Shown in pieces: positions 37,171 to 51,745 of a stretch of 64,000 nucleotides of DNA (position 1 is the stretch's first letter; each line of letters starts with the position of its first letter). The notes beneath the pieces are model-generated. The model worked only from the letters and a program-made list of their open reading frames with translations, was not told where the DNA came from and did not search any database. The DNA is from Octopus vulgaris (lineage: Eukaryota), in contig OX597817.1 in assembly GCA_951406725.2 (NCBI GenBank), forward strand, positions 150,102,001 to 150,166,000, given 5' to 3'. The position numbers were made by a program, and so were the translations under genes.

Positions 37171-38959
37171 GGCATTTGTCAAAAGATGGTACATGATCTC
37201 CAGTTACATTGGTATGCTATTTCCTGCAAAAGATTTGTCTAGAACACAGACAATTGAAGGAAGCCACCAAGGAGATAGACATAGCAACTGAAACCAGCTC
37301 AAGGTGGCTATGGTTGACAGGAGACCACAGTTAGTACCCTCCAGCAGGTGAAGACTAATTCAGTCCTCACTGTCCCTCTTAAGCGATGCATACAGGCTAA
37401 AGGGCAAAATGCTTGTGACCCTGAGATACCTACTGAAGATAGAAAAGGGATTTCTAACACTGTGATGAATTCAGAAGAGCTTGTAATACCTCTGAGGAGC
37501 TCCTCCAAGTTTCTGTACAGGACAAAGTATCTGATGCTTTTTTCACCTTAAGATTTGATAATGAAATTATGTCTAAAATAAATATTGTTAATTCCACAAT
37601 TTCATTCACAGAATGTTAGGCAGTCATTACAATATTATTGTAGCAGTTGATAAGAAGACTGAGTATGCTTGGATCCTTTCCTCTCTAAAACTGTGTCATG
37701 TGGCTGTATCATGATAGAAGTCTTTAGAAGTGATTTGTTGTATCTATTAGAAAGCTCTGTTGTGATGATGGAAAGTTTCATTATTATTGGTTTGAGAAGT
37801 GCCATGCTGTGAAGAAATTCTGGATTGATTATATTTTGTAGGTGGATAGAAGACATGAAGGGAAACTCAAAGTGAACTTGTCTTCTATCCTGTGTTAATT
37901 GCCCATTGGCTTAATTAGAGGAGGAATGGCAGCATCCAAGCCCCTTCCAGGGCCTCTGAAAATGGTGGAAACAAGAGAAGTTATCGAATGCTTGCAAAAG
38001 ATTTGACTTTACTAGAGGTATTCAGATGATGGTGTTTACCTGGGTGATGGATGAAGCCTACCTTTCAATGATAGGAATGGTACCTTCAGCAGGTTTCCAT
38101 AGTTTCCATCTACCCAATTTCATTCTCCAAGCTTTGGTCAATACGAATCTTTGATAGAAGTCACCAGCCCAGGGTACCACACAGTGGACTGAACTTGAAA
38201 CTATGTATGTGCAAACAGAATTTCTTGACCATTTGTACATTGGGTTTCTAGTTTGTGCTTGAAAATATTGGCTTTCCAGACTTGCTATGGTTTTGAAAGT
38301 TAAATTCAGCCTGCAAAATTGATTAAGCTGTATCATCCATAAAAGTATGAAAATATTAAGAGAACACACCTTACTGTCTTGGAGATAAATATCTCCATTC
38401 CTTTTACTCTTGATTTCAAGAGTTACATAGCTATTACACAATATCAAGAAAATGAGGCACACAAGAAGAACAGGGTGAAAAAGGAGAAGATAAAGAGGGG
38501 AAAGAGAATGAAGGATTATGTGAACATTGTTTGTAAAACATTTATTCGAATGGAAAATTGTATAAATGAAAATTATTCAAAAGGACAATTATATAAAATG
38601 TTTATTATTCTAAATTTTTTACTTTATTTAAACAAAAATGATAAAATTAAAAAATTAAGTACACAAATGATATTTATTTCGAATAACTGTTTTTTTGAAT
38701 AATTGTTTTCAAACAATTGTTTGCGAACAATTTTCAGGATACAGAATGAAGGAGTGGAAGAGGGTGAAGAAAACAAGAAAAAGGGAAGAGAGGGAGAGGA
38801 ACAAGGGGGAAAAGCAGTAAGTGACAAAAAGGGATAAGAGTGGGAAGAGGAGGAAAAGAAAATATAATGAACTTATTGTATACCATACTCAGGTGCACAA
38901 TAACTAATCAGAAAAACTAGCCAAAAGTGCATAAATTATACATGCAATAATGCACAGAA

Positions 38960-39530
38960 TGAAAGACCGAGACCTCTGGAGATATGCTATGACTGTGAAG
39001 ACCCGACAAATGAAGTGAGTTCATGGCTCACAGGATGGCCTGCTGTGCTTACCTTGGATCGTAGCCCCAGCCCATCTGAAGTACCTTGGACTGCAGAACG
39101 ACCTGCTGTGCTTACCTTGGATCGTAGGGTGACCTGCTGTGCTTGAGGAGACCTATTGAGTCAAGTACATCAACATCAAAATAAAAATCAAATGGAAATT
39201 GAAGTTGTGATACCCGTGCCGGTAGCACATAAAAAGCTCCATCCGAGCGTGGCCGATGCCAGTGCTGCCTTGACTGGTGTCCGTGCCGGTGGCACGTAAA
39301 AAGCACCAACCGATCGTGGGCGTTGCCAGCTACCTCTGGCCCCTGTGCTGGTGGCACGTAAAAAGCATCCACTACACTCACGGAGTGGTTGGTGTTAGGA
39401 AGGGCATCCAGCTGTAGAAACACTACCAGAGCAGACTAGAGCTTGGTGCAGCCTCCTGGCTTCCCAGACCCTGGTCGAACTGTCCAACCCATGCTAGCAT
39501 GGAAAACGGATGTTAAACGATGATGATGAT
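38960..39530 (+). mobile_element. RTE-type LINE 3' end plus long 3'UTR, nested in a minus-strand CR1 fragment (38870-39810)
   Basis: KDRDLWRYAMTVKTRQ-like ORF end, subrepeat-rich UTR and (GAT)n tail; CR1 sequence resumes on both sides. Confidence 0.65.
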
Positions 39531-41459
39531 GAAGTAAACAGTGATTGAGTCATTAAAAAAAGTGGAGAAACATCTGGAGTACTATTGGAAAATTTCAGGA
39601 AGCATGGAAGTTTTGAAGGATGTAGTGTCCCAGCAGCTGACAACTGATGGGGATAGTCTCTTCCATGCTTCAATAATTCTGAGCATGAAAACCTGTTTCT
39701 GAAAGTCATGTATTGATTTTTGATTTTGTGAGCATGTCCACAAGTGCTAGTCATATGGAATTCAAAAAGGTGCCCAAGGTTGTGTTGGAAAGATGGTGGA
39801 TAATCTTGTGCTCTAAAACCTTTTTATTCTGAATATTCGCTGCATCTATATACCATCGAATGCAGTAACCAATTTCTTCAAAGTTCTATTTTGTTTCTAG
39901 CATCACTGTTCCCCTTCCTCAAGACACATCAGTTCAAATACATTTTACCACTTGGACCTTGATCAATTAACTGCATGAGTTAAGACTCCCATCTCCTCTT
40001 TAAAATGATCTTAGCTTCAAAACAAATGTGCTGTGAAATATATTGTTTCGTTTTAATAAGTAACTGTAAAGGGAAGTAACTTTAAGATTGTATTATTTTC
40101 TTTATATAAAAGCATTTATTGACATAAAAATAACGAGTTTATTGTATCCAGTGCTCAGAGCAATGTAACATATCAGAAAAGGGTAAAAGAGGGCACAGAA
40201 TCCAGCAATAATTCAAGTAAAGAAAGACATTGATAACTGTAAAAGAAATGACAAAGAATGAAGATATCTGGTGCCTTGCCCTACTCAAGAAGACCCAGCT
40301 GCCACAACAGAATTTGTACTGGTGCCTGTACCACATTCAAAACACTTAGTACACTCTGTGGAATAGTTGGTGTTAGGAAGGACATCCAGCCATAGAAACC
40401 ATATCAGAATAGACCAATGGAGCCTGGTGTGGACCCTGGCCTTACCACCTCTGGTTAGACCGTCCAACCCATACTGGCATGGAAAGCAGATGTTGAATGA
40501 TAATGATGGTGATAGTTATACTGAATAAAACACAAAAATAAAAATGCAGAATAAAAGAGCCATAAAGGCAAAAAGGTGCACAGGTGTATCAATAGTGTTG
40601 ACAAATTTCATGAAGTATGTATTTTCTGAAGGATGCAGTAACCGGTCCCTTTTCTTTTTTTAACATTTTCTGACAAATAGTAGTGCCCCTGAGCACTGAA
40701 TACAAGCTCATTATTATTAGTCTTTTATATATATATATATATATCATGTGACCCCTTTGGTCATGAATGACCATGGGATTGCACCTAGAAAGTTACCCTT
40801 CGAAGCACAAGTCTGGGCAAGGTTGTTTATGGAAGACCAGCAGTTACCCACGCAGACAAGCCTCCCTTCTCCATGCCACTGATGTTATCAAAGGGGAAGG
40901 CAAAAGCCGATACAGCTTGGCACCAGTGACGTTGCAGCTCATTTATTAACGAGCAGATGGATGAGCACTCCACAGACACGTGTACCCTTAATGTAGTTCT
41001 TGGGGAGATTCAGCGTGACAAGGCTGGCATTTTGAAATACAGGTACAACAGAAACAGGAAGAAAGAGTGAGAGAAAGCTGTGGTGAAAGAGTACAGCAGG
41101 GTTCACCACCACCCCTTGCCAGAGCCTTGTGGAACTTTAGGTGTTTTCACTCAATAAACACTCATAATGACCGGCCTGGGAAATGAAACCGTGATCCTCT
41201 GTCCTAACCACTGGGCCAGTGTACCTCCACATACACACACACATATATGAGTGTGTGTTGGATGTAGTCCAAAGATTTAGAAAGAGGTAGCTACAACAGT
41301 TCTGAAGATGCTGAGTCTCAAAAGAAACAGAAATGGTTCTCATTTTTGATCAACAACTCCAGCTATGATACCTCCCAGCACAGTGCACAAAAGAAATAAT
41401 AGGCTGCTATTTCTAGCAGATTGAACAACCACAAAGCAGTTCCCTTTTTGCAAAATATA

Positions 41460-41750
41460 GTAGTAGGTATCCATCATTCTTGAGAGGCCATGGATCTGTA
41501 CTTGAAGAAATATCTGCTGGTGGTGGTGTAGCATCTGGTGTGGCAGTAGAGGCCCAGATAGGAGTGGTAATCACGTATACAGTGACTGCATTTTCAGGAA
41601 CTCTCTACCAGCACTTCTGGTTTTTTGTTCCTCAAGTGCACTTTTCTTTGGTGGTGAGTTCCTGTGTTTCTTCTCCTTTCACAGTATTTGTCTCCGGCAT
41701 TGGTGATATTGGCAACCTCCTCCTATCTCAGGACGTCCAGATCAAGCAAA
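41460..41750 (-). mobile_element. Degenerate RTE LINE 3' end
   Basis: Minus strand reads KCSHCIRDYHSYLGLYCHTRC, like the RTE C-terminal Cys/His motif. Confidence 0.6.
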
Positions 41751-41800
41751 ATATATAAAGAATTTGTAACAAAGATACCCTTTAAGCACATACAAAAATA

Positions 41801-42143
41801 TCTATATATATCAAGCTGAAGTTGACTGTGTATGGCAGGTTTGATAGCCTTCAACTAACACTATCTCCTCCGAGACCCTGAAGCGCAAATTGACCAAAAT
41901 TGAGAGTATGATAGAAGGCTTGCTCTTCCTTCCATAGAAGAAAAAATTCAAATCGGACCATGTTAACACCAAAAAGGCGCTTTTTTCTAATGAAAATCCA
42001 TTTTTTACGATTTTTTCACTGCTGTGTCACCATTTTTGAGTGTATTTCAACCAGAAAAATGTTCACTTACAGAGAATAACAAGCTACATAATGCAAAATT
42101 TTACTTTTCAAAAATTCCAATTCTAAAGGGTCGAAACTGCTAG
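41801..42143 (+). mobile_element. Non-autonomous Helitron copy lacking its 3' hairpin
   Basis: Reverse complement of 20667-21030; A|TC...CTAG|T. Confidence 0.75.
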
Positions 42144-43132
42144 TAAATCATAAAATGATAATTAATTTGAAATGCATTCATATACAGTTTTTGAAACACC
42201 AGTCAAACTTTCCATTTTTTCACTTGATGATTCTCATGCCAGCACCACGTAAAAGGCACCTGTGCCAGGCTGCCTACAAAACACCCATGCTGGTACCACA
42301 TAAAAAGCACCCAGAACACCCTGTAAAATGATTGGCTTCCAACTATAGACACCAAGCCAAATCAGACAGGAACTTGATGTAGCTCTCTAGTTTTCCAGCA
42401 CGGAAAACGGAAGTCTAATGATGATGATAAAATTAATTTATTCTTCATTAAAAAGTATCCATTGTCAGGTGAACTGCATATTGACTTAGATAAAACCAAT
42501 TAAACTAACAAGAGAAATTGTACTCAACCCTGCAAATGGCAAAATACTAAATTTTATTGAAATGTCAGGTATAGTTGTATGGCTAAGAAGTTTGCTGCCC
42601 AATCAGCTGGTTGCAGGTTGAGTCTCACTGTGTGACACCTTGAGCTTTTATTATGAGCCCCAAGTTGATCAAAGCCTTCAGATTTCATCAGCAGAAACTG
42701 AAAGAAGCTTGTTATGTATGTATACATCTGCGCCCTCTTGTATTGACATCAATAGTTGCAGACAAGTAGTGCCCTTTGTTTACTTGGAAACAGGTGATTG
42801 TTGATAACAGGAAGGACATCTGGCTATAACAAACTCTGCCCTAACAAATTCCATCTAATCTAGGCAAAATGGAAAAGTGGGCATGATGATGATAATGTCA
42901 CTGCTCACAGCTGTGAACCCCTACACTATAATGTGGTACACTTTTATAGCTAGGTGCAATTTGTTTTCAGTTAAGCACAATAAAAGAATTGATTGCTCAA
43001 TAACCTCCTGATCTGGTTATCTGCTGTTGCTTGGTGGTTTAGGAGCTGCTTCACAACCATGTGGTTTGGGGTTTAGTCACATTGCACAGTATCTAGGGCA
43101 AATGTCTATACGAAAATTGTATGGTAGCCCAT

Positions 43133-43176
<44 letters not shown>

Positions 43177-44529
43177 GAGGCACATGGCCTAGTGGTTAGA
43201 GCAGAGGACTCATGGTTGAGAGATTGCAGGTTTGAATCTCAGACCGGGCAATGTGTGTGTTTATGAGCAAAACACCTAAGCTCCACGCAGCTCCGGCAGA
43301 AGGTAATGGCCAACTTTTGCTGACTCTTTCCTTCTGCATCTTGCAGCTCACCTGCAATGAACTGGCGTTCCATTCAGGTGGGGAACCTATATGCCAAGGA
43401 AACCGGCCCTATGAGCCAGGCATGGCTTGAAAAGGAACAAATATATATATATATATATGTATGTATAAAAGCAAATTAGATAGATTAATATATAAAGCAT
43501 ATTAAATACATGAAATACAAAGTATGTATATATGTATACATATAAAAAAGGTCCAACTTACATAGAGTATAAATGATACAGAAGTGTATTCTATATGGAG
43601 AATCTATCTAATCTATAGAACTATAGGTAGAAAGATATATGTACTTCTAATGTTCTAAGTGGTGTTGGTTTGTTTACATCCCTGTAATTTAACAGAGGAG
43701 ATTGACAAAATGAAAAGAAAAAAATATATACTGGGGTCAATTTGTTTAACTAAGTTCTTCAAGGCAGTACCTCAGGCATGGCAGCAGTCCCATGATGGAA
43801 ACTAGTAAAAAGAACCGAATAGAGATTCCAATTATAATACTCCAGTTGCACCTGTTCTTTTTTTCTTTTATATGTCTCAGTCATTTGAGTGTGCCCATGC
43901 CGGAGTACTGTCTAAAAGGGTTCTGGTTGAAGAACTCAACCACTGGACTTATTCTTTGTAAGCCTAGTACTTGTTCTTTCGGTCTCTTTGGCTGCACTGC
44001 TAAGTTACAGGGACATAACACACCAACATTGGTTGTCAAGTGAAGGTGTGGGGAAAACATAGACATACATACATACATAAATATATACGACAGGCTTCTT
44101 TCAGTTTCCGTCTACCAAATCCACTCACAAGGCTTTGGTCGGCCTGAGGCTATAGCAGAAGACACTTGCCCAAGGTGCCATGCAGTGGGACTGAACCCAG
44201 AACCATGTGGTTGGTAAGCAAACAACTTACCACACAGCCACTCCTGCACGCACCTATGAACATAAAATATATTTCAATTTCTTGGAGAAAAGGGAAGAGA
44301 TAAATATATTGAAAGATGTGAAAAATAAAAAACAAGAAGTAAACAAGATATATTTTCTTTAATTTCATTGAAGTGTCTGGCTTTTTTTTTTATTTGTAAT
44401 TTTTTTTAAAGAATTGGTTCATAGACATATTTATAAGCATCTTTTCCCTTTCCACTACTGATGAGTAGAAAAAAAATACCATCGACCTTTTTTTGATAGT
44501 CCTTTCATTTCACAGAAAAGATAAGAAAA

Positions 44530-44614
44530 CAGTTGTAACCAAAAGCAATTTATTTAGTGTGGAATCCTGCCACATTAAACATGTTGCAAAAATAAAAGAA
44601 AAGAGCTGATTTTT

Positions 44615-44646
<32 letters not shown>

Positions 44647-47600
44647 GATTATTCCCAACAACATTATTACTATGTAAGTGATAATTTCAAATCAAAACTC
44701 TTCTGACAAGTTTAGCACAAAATAAGGAAAATGGTTTTTCATTAAATCAGCTTTCTATAGAAAGGTGATTTATGTCTTCAGGACTCTGTGAAATAATGGC
44801 ATCAGAAGCAAAATATTAGCTTATATTAAAATAGTTTTTAAATGGTTACTTAAAAAATTGCAACCATATTTTGAAATATTTTTCAACATTTTTTTTTCTG
44901 TTTTGTTGTGGAAGGTAAATAACTACATCGTAGTTCAAATATTTAATAACATAAAGAGTACCTACATATTGAAATATCTAGGAACATGCTGCCTTACACA
45001 TGAAAGTTTTACAGTACAAAATTATCTCCTTTCATCATTCATCCCATCATTATTTTTATGTCAGTTGTAGAGACTAATCAACATTATCAATATCTAAGCT
45101 ATGTTTGCATTCATTTATAAACATTTTACTAAGGTGTTATTATTCTAAATGGCATTTAAAAATACTGAACCAGGAGTAAGTTCAATGGGGTTTATTTTTT
45201 TATCTCTACATCAATTGAGGTACAATGACTGCACAGTTAACTTATGGTTCTGTGATTAGAAGTGATTGAGCTCTTAGAATTACAATCATTGTGTTGTGCT
45301 CTTGAGTAGAGCTCTGTTTTTACTTCACAGTTGAAAGCTATCAGAAGAGTAACACTGAAGGAGAAAAAAAAAACATGCCACCAATGCAAGCATGGATGGC
45401 AGAATGGATGTAAAAAAGCATAAAAACAAAATGCCATCCAGTTACTTATATAAGAACAACTTTAATATTTACTAAACTAAAATGTATTGTTTCATTTGGG
45501 GTTCATGTCATATCTGTCACAGAGAATGCATTTGCGTCTGTTGTTTTCTCATATTTGTATGATTTGGCAGTGAGAGAACACAGAAAGAAAAGAAGAAATA
45601 TTACAGAGGAAGATTCAAAGCTTATGCCTAGGATCAGTTTAAAGTCTTAGAAAACTGTTTTATCACTGACATGAAACCTGATTCACCTGAGATTTTACAG
45701 AAGTTTTAAAATAAAAGAAACAAAAAAAAACATCATATAAAAAGAACAAACAAAAATAGTTATACTGAAGAAGGCTTAGAAACTAAAATACAATAGAATC
45801 ACCTTCTGCATAAATTTACTGATATGGAATCTTAATTTGGAATTTGTCTGTCTAAATCACAAGGACAGTTCACAACAGCTGTACACAAAACCAGGTTTAA
45901 AGAATGAAGTAACAAGAATTTTCAACATTGAATAAAAACAATTAGGATTAAGGCAAATAATAAAAATATTGATAATAATCACCATCATTATCATTATTAT
46001 TATTATGGACTATTTTAAAAATCACCTGATGGAAATAAATAATTTCGTTGTAAGTACCAGATACGACGCTTTTTAAGAACCAATAGAATTTTTCATATCA
46101 GGTGGGAAAATATTCATTTAGGAGTTAAGTATTAACAACATCTAATTAAGTACTTGTAGAATTACAGAATACTTTCTAAAAGATTTTATTTAAAAACTGT
46201 TAATAGCTGGAGTGAACATTCACCTTAATTTGACGTTAAAAGTTTTCAGGTCATGAAACTAATTGCAGATTATATTTTCAATGTTTTTAACAGGAAAAGA
46301 AATGATAAATCTTTACTATTTAGAAGATATATATTGCATCTTTCTAAATCCCTATGAGAAGGACTCGTGCACTAACATGTAAAGATTATTTCTGGGCTAT
46401 TCCATTTAACAATTTCTATTTGATTGCAAGAAAGATTACTAAATCTATCCCCTAATTCAATGATTTTCCTGAAGTCTATCATTAATATTGCCATTAAAAT
46501 AGGTTTGTGATTGTTGTTAAACACTGCTAATGAGTTTTGAAAACAATTTGTTAATATTAAAAGCCCCAAAAAGAATGTAAGAACAGTAAAAAAAATTTTT
46601 TAATCAATATTTTTTATAATTGTTAAAAATTTGGACTTTTAACTAAAATCGAAAAACTGAGCTAGATATAATTTTTGTGGGGAAAAGTTAGCAAAAAAAA
46701 AAAAAACATTGACAGGCAATTTGTCTCATTTTGTATATTTTATTTTAATAAATCCAGAAAACCACTGGTTGAATTAGATTGATATTCAGTAAAAAAGAAT
46801 TCTCAAAATATACTAATATTCCATATATGCTCAGAAATGGCAAGAAATGTTATGCATGTATTTATATGTGAATACAAACATAGTTAACATTTAAAATACA
46901 CGCATAAATATCACCTTCTAATATAAGTGTGGAAGAGCAATTATATTTCTATGCTGACTTTCACTTCTATGAAATTCTTTCTCTTTAATTTATTCTATTT
47001 TAAATTTATGGTGCAGTTAGTTTCACATATCTTAGGTTAGTCTAATTTTTCAATATTCAGACTATCTCTTGTGTACAATTAATGTGAAAGAAATATAGTC
47101 AAACCTATTCTTGGTGATTTGTTTTCTAAACTATAGGTTTCAAATTTTGGCACAAGGCCAGTAATTGCAGGGAGGAGTTAAGTTGATTGCTTTGACCCCA
47201 GTGATCAACTAGTCTTTATTTTATTGGCCCTGAAAAGAAGAAAGGCAAAAATCGACTTCAACAGAATTTGAACTCAGAACATAAAGACGGACAAAATGCC
47301 ACCAAGTATTTTGTGCGGCATGGTAACGAGTCTGCCAGCTCACCATCCTATTTTCTTCTTAAATATTAACAGTTTTTATTGAACACAACCAAATTTTTGA
47401 CATAAAAGTCTGAGAGTCTTTGAATTTAAAAAAAAAAAATTCTATAGTAAACAACAAATGCCCTAAATATGGAATTCTAGTAAAATTATTTTCTTGATTA
47501 TACTAAGGCACATTAACTGCTTATAAGTTCAAATTTTTGTTTAAAAAAAAAAACCATTTAAATTATTAAACAATATTCATTACATTACAAGATCTATACT

Positions 47601-49443
47601 AACATTGAGAGGAACAGATTAATTTTGAAGAGTAATAAGTGAACATTGAAGTATGTTAATTAACATCTCAGTAAGCTGGACCTGCAACACAAGTTGTTGT
47701 GGTCTGCCCTGATCAAGCAAGGCATGCCAACCATGTCCAGCCCATCTTATTTTCAGGTGTAGTGTACATCAGGCTACATCAATTTGTGCCCTTTTTTTTA
47801 AGACGACAAGATGTGGTTTAAGGGAGATTTGGCTGCTATTTTGAGCATGTTTAGTTCGTTTACTTGTCGAGCTATTTTATGTTATTTACTCTTTGTATCT
47901 ACAATTTTCATATGTAATCAATGGACTGAAGAAGGATGGCCATCACCAAGCTGATTGCCCCTAATGTGTAGCAATTAAAACTGCACATAAAACATGTTAC
48001 TGTAAAGATAACAAAGAATTGATCATTTTTAGTGTTGTTGACATTTCTTACTGAACTCAAGAATTACCCCTGTATTTCAATAAGATATTCGACATTGTCA
48101 AACACTATCACAGGGACAAAAACATCCTTACATCATTGTAAAGTCACATGCTGTTTCATAATCTTTAGATGTTAAAATTCAAATGAAAAATTATACTTTA
48201 GTTCTTAGTACACTGAAACTGATGAAAAATATTTTCACTTACATTGATAATTCAATTTAAGAAGTTAGAAATATTTTTAATGATCAGCTTCACAGATAAA
48301 TTAAATAAGATTAAAATTTTAAAAAGCAATATTCATAAGGGCAGTATCTTAAGGACTTTTAAAATTTGTTCATATGCTATAAGCATTAATAGTATGACTA
48401 TTTCAAATGAAATTTTTTGACACCTTGCTCAGCTGTTAAAAGAAAAATAACAAAAAATATTAATATCATTTAAATAGATTTCATTAATAAGCTATTTTCA
48501 GAAGATTCCAACAGCTGATCACATTATTCCAAACAGTTTGCTAAACTCAAAGACAGCAGCAAGCAGTAGCTTCAAAGTCTCTTAAATTCCATAGCCTCCA
48601 TGTCTACAAAAAAACTGCACAGACAATTGTTATACAATGTAAAAAAGAAATAATAATCTTTTTACAGAAACCATTACTTAGTTTATAAAAAGAGTCAAGA
48701 CTCCAACAACAATAAATTTAATGTGAAACAGATAAGGAAAACATCTTAAACAGACATTCAGCCTTCCATTCTTCATACACATTCTCTCAATCATGCTAAT
48801 GTTAGATGGTCGTAGATTTAACAACAATGTCATCAAATTTGTTCCCATGTAAGTCCTCATCTCATATTAATCTTCCCCATTTCAACACAGTCTGTAATGT
48901 GTGAGTGCCATCTATTACATCACACTAGCTTTGTTGGTCGTATCAATGGGGGTGTGATTTTGAACATGAGCTTCCCTATCCACTTTCAAAGTAACCGTAG
49001 CCCTATTTTCTTCCATATATGGAACAGGTTATACCAAAATATGTCGGCATCAGATAGGATATTAAAATATTCAAGCTATATTTTAGATTAAAATGAAACC
49101 AAAATGCCTCTAAAACTTCTACGGAAGAAAACTGAACTTCTTAAGGTAAAACAAAATCAATGTGGAGAAATAATCAATTATCAAATAAATAACAGAAGGA
49201 CATTACACAAAAAAATATTGTTACATGATTAATAATAATTAATCTGTTTATGTGACTACATGATGCATGAATTTTCACAGCCCATTTCAGATTTTGGTCT
49301 GGCAGTGAATAGAAGACATTTTTAATTGTTAATTATGTAGTGTGTGTATGCTATACGTGTGTGTGTGTGTGGATGTATATATATATGTATGTATATATGT
49401 GTGTGTGTATGTATATATATATATGTGTGTGTGTGTGTGTATG

Positions 49444-49474
<31 letters not shown>

Positions 49475-49481
49475 ATGTATG

Positions 49482-49512
<31 letters not shown>

Positions 49513-49543
49513 ATGTATATATATATATGTGTGTGTGTGTGTG

Positions 49544-49596
<53 letters not shown>

Positions 49597-50153
49597 CGGA
49601 AAATTGTGTGTAAGTAACTGTAATATAAATATTGTAATGTATGTAAAAAGAGAAAAATGTTTACAACAGACACCAACATAATAAGACACTATGGTAAGAA
49701 CAAATCAAATAATACAGTATTCTAGAAGAGAGAAACCAGTAGCAATAATGTAAAACAAAACTGAAAAATCAGGCTAATAGACTGTCAGTATCAGAGAAAT
49801 CTAATAGATTATCTTTGTTCACAGGCCTGAACTTCAGACTGGAACGCCTAGAATGTTTAACAGAAAACAACCCCAAAATATCCAGACATAGTATGTTGAT
49901 CGGAAGTTAATAGGAATGCTTATCCACAAATATAAAAATACTAGCGATGAACCGATACAAAGAAGAATGGAAGGATGGGAAAATGGACTAATGAAGATGT
50001 GAGTTGTTGAATCAATGTATAGTTGATCTGCTTATTTGCTTGCTTGTACAATTGTCCATTAGCTACATGAAGTAGCATGGAGATGGAAAAAGAGAAAAAG
50101 ACTAGATGGAAGTATATCACAGATAGAATAAGGTCATTCCATTCCGCTGACAG
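44530..50153 (-). other. NRF1: Probable long 3'UTR of NRF1
   Basis: Repeat-poor AT-rich tract after the stop codon; AATAAA on the minus strand at 44549-44554 followed by a U-rich element. Confidence 0.45.
49335..49589. repeat. Compound (TG)n/(TA)n microsatellite
   Basis: Read directly. Confidence 0.95.
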
Positions 50154-50374
50154 TCAGGATTGGTCAACGGTCATTACTTCCATTGTGACATTAGCAACAG
50201 TTCCATCTGAATTGGTGATAGAAAGGTGATTATTGTCATCAATGTTTTGATGTGACAACTCATTGTCCTGGCTTTGGGTAACTGTTGCTATACGATAGTT
50301 GTTCTGTCCGTGTAGATCTGTAGTCTTGAATGCAGTCATGTTGTGAAACATAGAAACGGGAAATGTTACTATAC
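50154..50374 (-). CDS. NRF1: NRF1/erect wing coding exon 8 (last; GIVTFPVSMF...MEVMTVDQS*)
   Basis: TTTTTCTGCAG acceptor, phase 1 matches exon 7, TGA at 50156-50154. Confidence 0.85.
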
Positions 50375-50958
50375 CTGCAGAAAAAGAAAAGAAAAACAAG
50401 ACAACCATGAGAAAGATGATCTACACATTGGTTACTGTGACCTAACAACAAAGTGTACAGCAACTTCATTTATTGTATTTATGTGAAGCTTCATTTATTA
50501 TATTTATTATTAAAACAGATCCAGAAAGGAATTAGAATGCAAAAGTGATTTTAGCATCAAAAATTAGAATGAATTGTTGACTAACTCCACAAACACGAGA
50601 ATTTCAATCAGATACAATAATAATTTAATAAACTTCATTTCTAAATACTTAATGGTTGAACAAAATATCAAGACACAATTATCAATAGAATAATGGTTAT
50701 GAATTTTGGCACAGGGCCATTAATTTTAGAGGAAGGGGTTAAATCAATTACATCAACCCAAGTGCTCAACTGGGATTTATTTCATTGACCCTGAAAGGAT
50801 GAAAGGCAAAGTCAACCTTAGCAGCATGTGAACTCAGTGCATAAAGCCAGAAAAAATGCCAAAGCATTTTGTCTCACATGCTAACGATTCTGCCAGCTTG
50901 CTGTGTTCGTTATCAATAGAATAATAAAGCTTTCTCTTTAAGAGTTTACTGAACTCAC

Positions 50959-51172
50959 CACCTAAAGTAGCATCTCCAGTTAATATAATTTGTCCATCAT
51001 GATTGACTGTGGCCTCAGCTAAGGTTGCTACAGTAGGTGTGTCACTATCACTGTTCATTTCAACCCGGACTGGGGTTGGATGACCAATACCTGTATTTGC
51101 TTCTTGGTGGGTAGCAACATCTGCCAGTGTTTGGACAGCTTGCGTAGCCTCCTGCTGAGGATTGTCAGGCAC
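50959..51172 (-). CDS. NRF1: NRF1/erect wing coding exon 7 (activation region, QAVQTLADVA...VATLAEA...GQIILTG)
   Basis: TTTTAG acceptor, G|GTGAGT donor, 214 nt; motif typical of the NRF1/EWG C-terminus. Confidence 0.9.
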
Positions 51173-51549
51173 CTAAAAAGAAAAGTAAGTAAAAAAAACA
51201 GTGAATAAACTAAACAAAAAAAATGGACACGCCGTCAGTTACAATGACGACTGTCCCAGTTGAACCAATCAATGGAACAGCTTGCTCATGAAATTAACAT
51301 ACAAGTAGCTGAGCACTCCACAGACATGTGCACCCTCAACATAGTTCACAAAGATATGACCATACTATGACAAGACTGGCCCTTTAAATTACAGGTACCA
51401 CTGAATTTTGCCAGCTGAATGGACTGGAGCAACGTGAAATGAAGTGTCTTGCTCAAGGACACAATGCAGCTCCAGGAATCGAACTCCTAACATTATGCTC
51501 ACAAGCCAAATATGCTAACCACAAAGCCATGCACCTTCACTAGCGAATA

Positions 51550-51745
51550 AACACACACACACACAAAATTGGAGTTGACTCAAAAACACACACACACAAA
51601 ATGAGAGTTGACTCAAAAACACACACACACACATATGCACACAAAATGGGAGTTGACGCAAAAACACACACACACATGGACACAAAATTGGAGTTGACTC
51701 AAAAACATACAGACACACGTATGTATAATGGAAGTTGACTCAAAA
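51550..51745. repeat. Minisatellite: five copies of CAAAATTGGAGTTGACTCAAAAAC separated by (CA)n
   Basis: Read directly, in NRF1 intron 6. Confidence 0.85.

Noticed and set aside
51550-51745. CRISPR-like repeat-spacer pattern
   Set aside because: The spacers are (CA)n, the repeats are degenerate, the site is a eukaryotic intron and there are no cas genes
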